64,000 bases of DNA from an uncultured Clostridium sp. (GTDB taxonomy: Bacteria; Bacillota_I; Bacilli_A; RF39; UBA660), in contig CANEGO010000001.1 in NCBI GenBank assembly GCA_947427095.1, positions 131,428 through 195,427 of the forward strand, read 5' to 3'. Every line of letters starts with the position of its first letter. The stretch's first letter is position 1. Positions 60,492 through 64,000 of this stretch are shown piece by piece. Below the pieces are notes generated by a model, which was not told the origin of the DNA, searched no databases, and was given only the letters and a program-made list of their open reading frames with translations. The translations under genes were made by a program, and so were the position numbers.

Positions 60492-63107
60492 TCATACACT
60501 AAAGGTTTTACTATGTTTTTTTGTAGTAAATTTTCTTATCATATCTACTGGTACAACGCTAAACGCAAAAACAAGCATAATAATAAATTCTTTTAATGTT
60601 AGGGGAACCGTTCTAAATAAAGTTCCACCATAATAAATCATCAACATTTGAACAACTGATATAAAAGCAATTACAATAATAAACATTTTATTTTTTAAAA
60701 GGTGCGCTAAAATATTTATTCTTGAAGTATGGGCGTTAAAACAGTTAAATATACCAGCAAAAATAAAAAGTCCAAAAAACGCCGTCATAAAAGATTCATA
60801 ACTATTAAAAAAGTTTTTTATAAATGGTAATTTTAAAAATAATATACAAAGGATTGTTGTATAAAGACCGGTTATGATAATTTCATTTAGCATGTAATTA
60901 TTCATTATGCTTTCTTCTTTTTTCTTTGGCTTTTCTTCCATGTACTCTTTAAGCGGTGGTTCAAAAGCAAAGGCAAGTCCAGCTAATGTATCCATAACCA
61001 TGTTAATCCATAGCATCTGAATTACAGTAACGGGAGTATCAACACCAATAAACGGACCTATTATCGAAATACTTAAGGCACATAAGTTAACCGTTAGTTG
61101 AAATATAATAAATTTTCTTATACTTTTAAATATAGTTCTACCAAATAAAATAGCTTTACTTATAGATAAAAAATTATTATCTAATATTACTATATCACTA
61201 GCTTCTTTTGATACTTCACTACCCGATCCCATTGCAAAACCCACGTCCGCTCTTTTTAAGGCTGGAGCATCGTTTACGCCGTCACCAGTCATTCCAACGA
61301 CAAGGTTCATCTCCTTTGATATTCTAACTAACCTTGATTTATCTTGTGGTAAACTACGAGCTACAACTTTTAGATTAGGGATAACTTTTTTCACCTCTAA
61401 ATCAGTCATATTATTAAGTTCATCAGATGTTAAAATAATATCATCATTATTATTTTCCATTATTCCTATTTCTTTTGCAACCGATATTGCGGTATCTTTA
61501 TTATCACCAGTTATCATAATTGTCTGTACTCCAGCACTTTTAGTCATTTTAAGTCCTTCTATTGCTTCTTTTCTTACCTCATCTTTTATTATCAAGACTC
61601 CTACTAAAGTAAGTTCTTTAAAATCCTTTTCATTTTTATTATTACTTGTTGCAACAGCAATAACCCTAGAACCACTTTTTGTGTAATTATCAATTTGGTT
61701 TTGAAGGTTTTCCTTTTTATTAAATGGTAATTTAACTGCATCACTATTATAGTAGTAACTACAATTAGGTATTATTTTCTCTGGCGCCCCTTTGATTAAG
61801 TTTCTTGCTTTTTTATCATCTAAAACAGTTATCATATATTTATTTTTACTATCAAATGGAATTGTTTTCAATTTTTTCAAGTCACTGAAATCACATGGCT
61901 TAAAAAATTCTAATAAGCATCTATCTGTTATATTACCTCCTATGGCCTTTTTTCCATCATAAGATGACATATTATTAATAATCATAGATATTCTAAGTAA
62001 GTTATAAAAGTTAGTGCCTTTTTGTTTTATTTCTTCCTCATTTTTATAATTATGCAAAGAACCATCAATTACGTTTGTAACAGTTAATTTTCCGGTTGTT
62101 AAAGTTCCCGTTTTATCGCTAAATAAAATGTTTAAACTTCCAGCAGTTTCAATGCCAACTAACTTTCTTACCAAAACATTATCTTTTAGCATCCTTCTCA
62201 TGTTAGAGGATAAAACAAGCGTTATCATCATAGGAAGTCCTTCTGGAACTGAAACAATAATTATAGTAACACTAATCGTTAATGCGTAAATAACATGTTC
62301 CATCATAATTGGAAAGTTAGTAATGGTTTCGATTATTTTACTTAATACGAAGCCATTATCAACGATAACAACTGAAAAAAGATACGAAATAGAGGCTAAA
62401 AAAGCACCTATGTAACCAAATGTACTAATTATTTTAGCAAGGTTTCTTAGTCTTATTTTAAGGGGACTATCACCAGTTTTTTCCTTAAGCTCGCTGGCAA
62501 TCTTTCCATAGAATGTATTTTCTCCGACCATGTTTACTTTCATTATTCCAGTACCAGAACAAACAACAGTTCCTCTAAAAAGTTTATTTTTAGCAGTTAA
62601 GTTTGTCCCTTTAAGCATCTCTTTTCGTATTTCTTTTGATTCCCCATTAAGAGAGGATTCATCTACTGATACTTCTCCTTTTATTAAAATACCATCAGCA
62701 GGCACTTTATCTCCATATTGTAATATAACCAAATCATCTTTTACAACTTCATCTACCGAGATTTCTCTTACTTTTTTGTCTCTTTTAACACGACATTTTA
62801 TTTTGGATGATTCTTCTTGCAGCCTTTTAAAAGCTTTTTCGGAACCATATTCAGAAATGGTAGAAATAAATGATGCTAAAAATATTGCAATTAATATACC
62901 TAGTGTTTCAAACCAATCAAAATCTCTAAATAAAAATACTATTTTTATAGCAAGTGCTATTAAAAGTATCTTAATAATTGGATCACCTAATGACTCTAAT
63001 AAAAGTGCAAAAAAGCTATTTGTCTTGCCTTTTTTTATTTCGTTTGTACCATATTTTTTTCTTGATTGAATAACTTCTTCTTTATTTAAACCATTATAAT
63101 TGTTCAT
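60492..63107 (-). CDS. P-type cation-transporting ATPase, Ca2+ (type IIA/IIB)
   Basis: 871 aa. Phosphorylation motif DKTGTLT, hinge motif MTGDGVNDAPALK (GDGxND) and 8-10 TM helices. Confidence 0.85.
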   Translation of the reverse strand: MNNYNGLNKEEVIQSRKKYGTNEIKKGKTNSFFALLLESLGDPIIKILLIALAIKIVFLFRDFDWFETLGILIAIFLASFISTISEYGSEKAFKRLQEESSKIKCRVKRDKKVREISVDEVVKDDLVILQYGDKVPADGILIKGEVSVDESSLNGESKEIRKEMLKGTNLTAKNKLFRGTVVCSGTGIMKVNMVGENTFYGKIASELKEKTGDSPLKIRLRNLAKIISTFGYIGAFLASISYLFSVVIVDNGFVLSKIIETITNFPIMMEHVIYALTISVTIIIVSVPEGLPMMITLVLSSNMRRMLKDNVLVRKLVGIETAGSLNILFSDKTGTLTTGKLTVTNVIDGSLHNYKNEEEIKQKGTNFYNLLRISMIINNMSSYDGKKAIGGNITDRCLLEFFKPCDFSDLKKLKTIPFDSKNKYMITVLDDKKARNLIKGAPEKIIPNCSYYYNSDAVKLPFNKKENLQNQIDNYTKSGSRVIAVATSNNKNEKDFKELTLVGVLIIKDEVRKEAIEGLKMTKSAGVQTIMITGDNKDTAISVAKEIGIMENNNDDIILTSDELNNMTDLEVKKVIPNLKVVARSLPQDKSRLVRISKEMNLVVGMTGDGVNDAPALKRADVGFAMGSGSEVSKEASDIVILDNNFLSISKAILFGRTIFKSIRKFIIFQLTVNLCALSISIIGPFIGVDTPVTVIQMLWINMVMDTLAGLAFAFEPPLKEYMEEKPKKKEESIMNNYMLNEIIITGLYTTILCILFLKLPFIKNFFNSYESFMTAFFGLFIFAGIFNCFNAHTSRINILAHLLKNKMFIIVIAFISVVQMLMIYYGGTLFRTVPLTLKEFIIMLVFAFSVVPVDMIRKFTTKKHSKTFSV

Positions 63108-63217
63108 GATTCCTCCTTAGTAAATGTTACTTACCAAAACAAGGAAATATCACCCATTTCAAACGACAAAACATTTACTTTTTTTTAATTTGTAGTATAA
63201 TAAGCAAAAAAAAGGAA

Positions 63218-63901
63218 ATGTTGTATATGACATATGAAAGATTGGCATTAGAAATACTATTAATAAACGAAATAAAACATCAGTTTAACGCACCTATAAT
63301 TACTGATGATATGGCAATAAAAAAATCTAATGATTTTTACAAAAGTATTTTTAATGATAAACTAAAAAACATAGATGATAAAATAGATTATGTGGCAGAT
63401 AAAAACTTAACTTCTTATGAAGGCTTTTGCAAACCTACGGGCTTTAGCCCCAAAGGTATAAGTAAAGTTACTATTATTCTTCCAAAGGAAGAAAGTGTTA
63501 AAAAGATAGTTACAATAAGCCATGAAAAAGCTCATGCATATCATATGTTATCAAACACCAAAACCTCAGAATTAATTTCGTCATTTTTAGACATATTAAA
63601 CAGTTTAATGCTTGATAAAGAGTTTCCTGGAATAAAAATAGATAATATAAATTACAAAATTAGAGAGGCTAAAAAAGTAGCTAGCTTATATTTGAAACAT
63701 AAGCAAAAATATAATATTAAAAAACAAGAAGATTATATGAAAGATTTTGCCATGGCAATTTTTTTGGTAAAAAAATATTTATCAGAAGATAAAAGCGAAA
63801 TAACTGAAATGATAATTAAAAACTTATTAGGAAAAGAAAGTCTTCCAATTTATAAAGACGAAATAGAAGTATCAAAGATAATAGAGTTTATTAGAAATTA
63901 A
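63218..63901 (+). CDS. Hypothetical protein with an HExxH motif
   Basis: 227 aa. HEKAH motif. Confidence 0.35.
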   Translation: MLYMTYERLALEILLINEIKHQFNAPIITDDMAIKKSNDFYKSIFNDKLKNIDDKIDYVADKNLTSYEGFCKPTGFSPKGISKVTIILPKEESVKKIVTISHEKAHAYHMLSNTKTSELISSFLDILNSLMLDKEFPGIKIDNINYKIREAKKVASLYLKHKQKYNIKKQEDYMKDFAMAIFLVKKYLSEDKSEITEMIIKNLLGKESLPIYKDEIEVSKIIEFIRN

Positions 63902-64000
63902 TAAACTCTTTTTTGTTTCACAAAATGTGTTTTTATCATAGACTACTATGAAAACCAAATCATGAAAGTGAAGTGAAAGTTTGGAAACCACATTAAATAA

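Overview
This window is a low-GC (about 28%) Firmicutes chromosome segment from a spore-forming, Clostridia-like organism. Most genes are on the minus strand. The core content includes a serS N-terminus, yebC, an ABC-F ATPase, a HelD-like helicase, cysE, an alpha/beta hydrolase-murF-ddl operon, and leuS behind a T-box leader. It also includes glmS behind a glmS ribozyme, recG, a gerA-type spore germination operon in A-C-B order, a Cu/Zn SOD-like gene, queH, a PRPP-synthetase-like gene, a P-type Ca-ATPase, a radical-SAM/methyltransferase fusion that looks like MnmL-MnmM, and tRNA-Ser, tRNA-Gly and tRNA-Cys.

Two adjacent accessory insertions stand out. (1) A roughly 7.9 kb Tn4451-like mobilizable element (about 44.05-52.0 kb) encodes a large serine recombinase, a TnpV-like protein and a Mob relaxase. 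Its cargo is a SMODS-like nucleotidyltransferase, a 4-TM protein, an HD phosphohydrolase, an MBL hydrolase and a SAM methyltransferase, which together look like a candidate nucleotide-signalling defence module. (2) A roughly 3.8 kb island integrated at the 3' end of tRNA-Gly (52.43-56.21 kb) is bounded by a 44-bp direct repeat and has no integrase. It carries a large protein with a C-terminal HEPN-like motif, a radical SAM/SPASM maturase, and a precursor peptide with a duplicated GPCSACGAC core, which is a candidate RiPP cluster. It also has 'GGCACGATTTT' tandem repeats inside both ends.

Independently, two promoters share a TTGAC-G9-TATATG architecture with a 9-G homopolymer in the -35/-10 spacer. 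They sit upstream of a TasA/camelysin-like secreted protein and of one member of a tandem paralog pair. These are strong candidates for phase-variable promoters.
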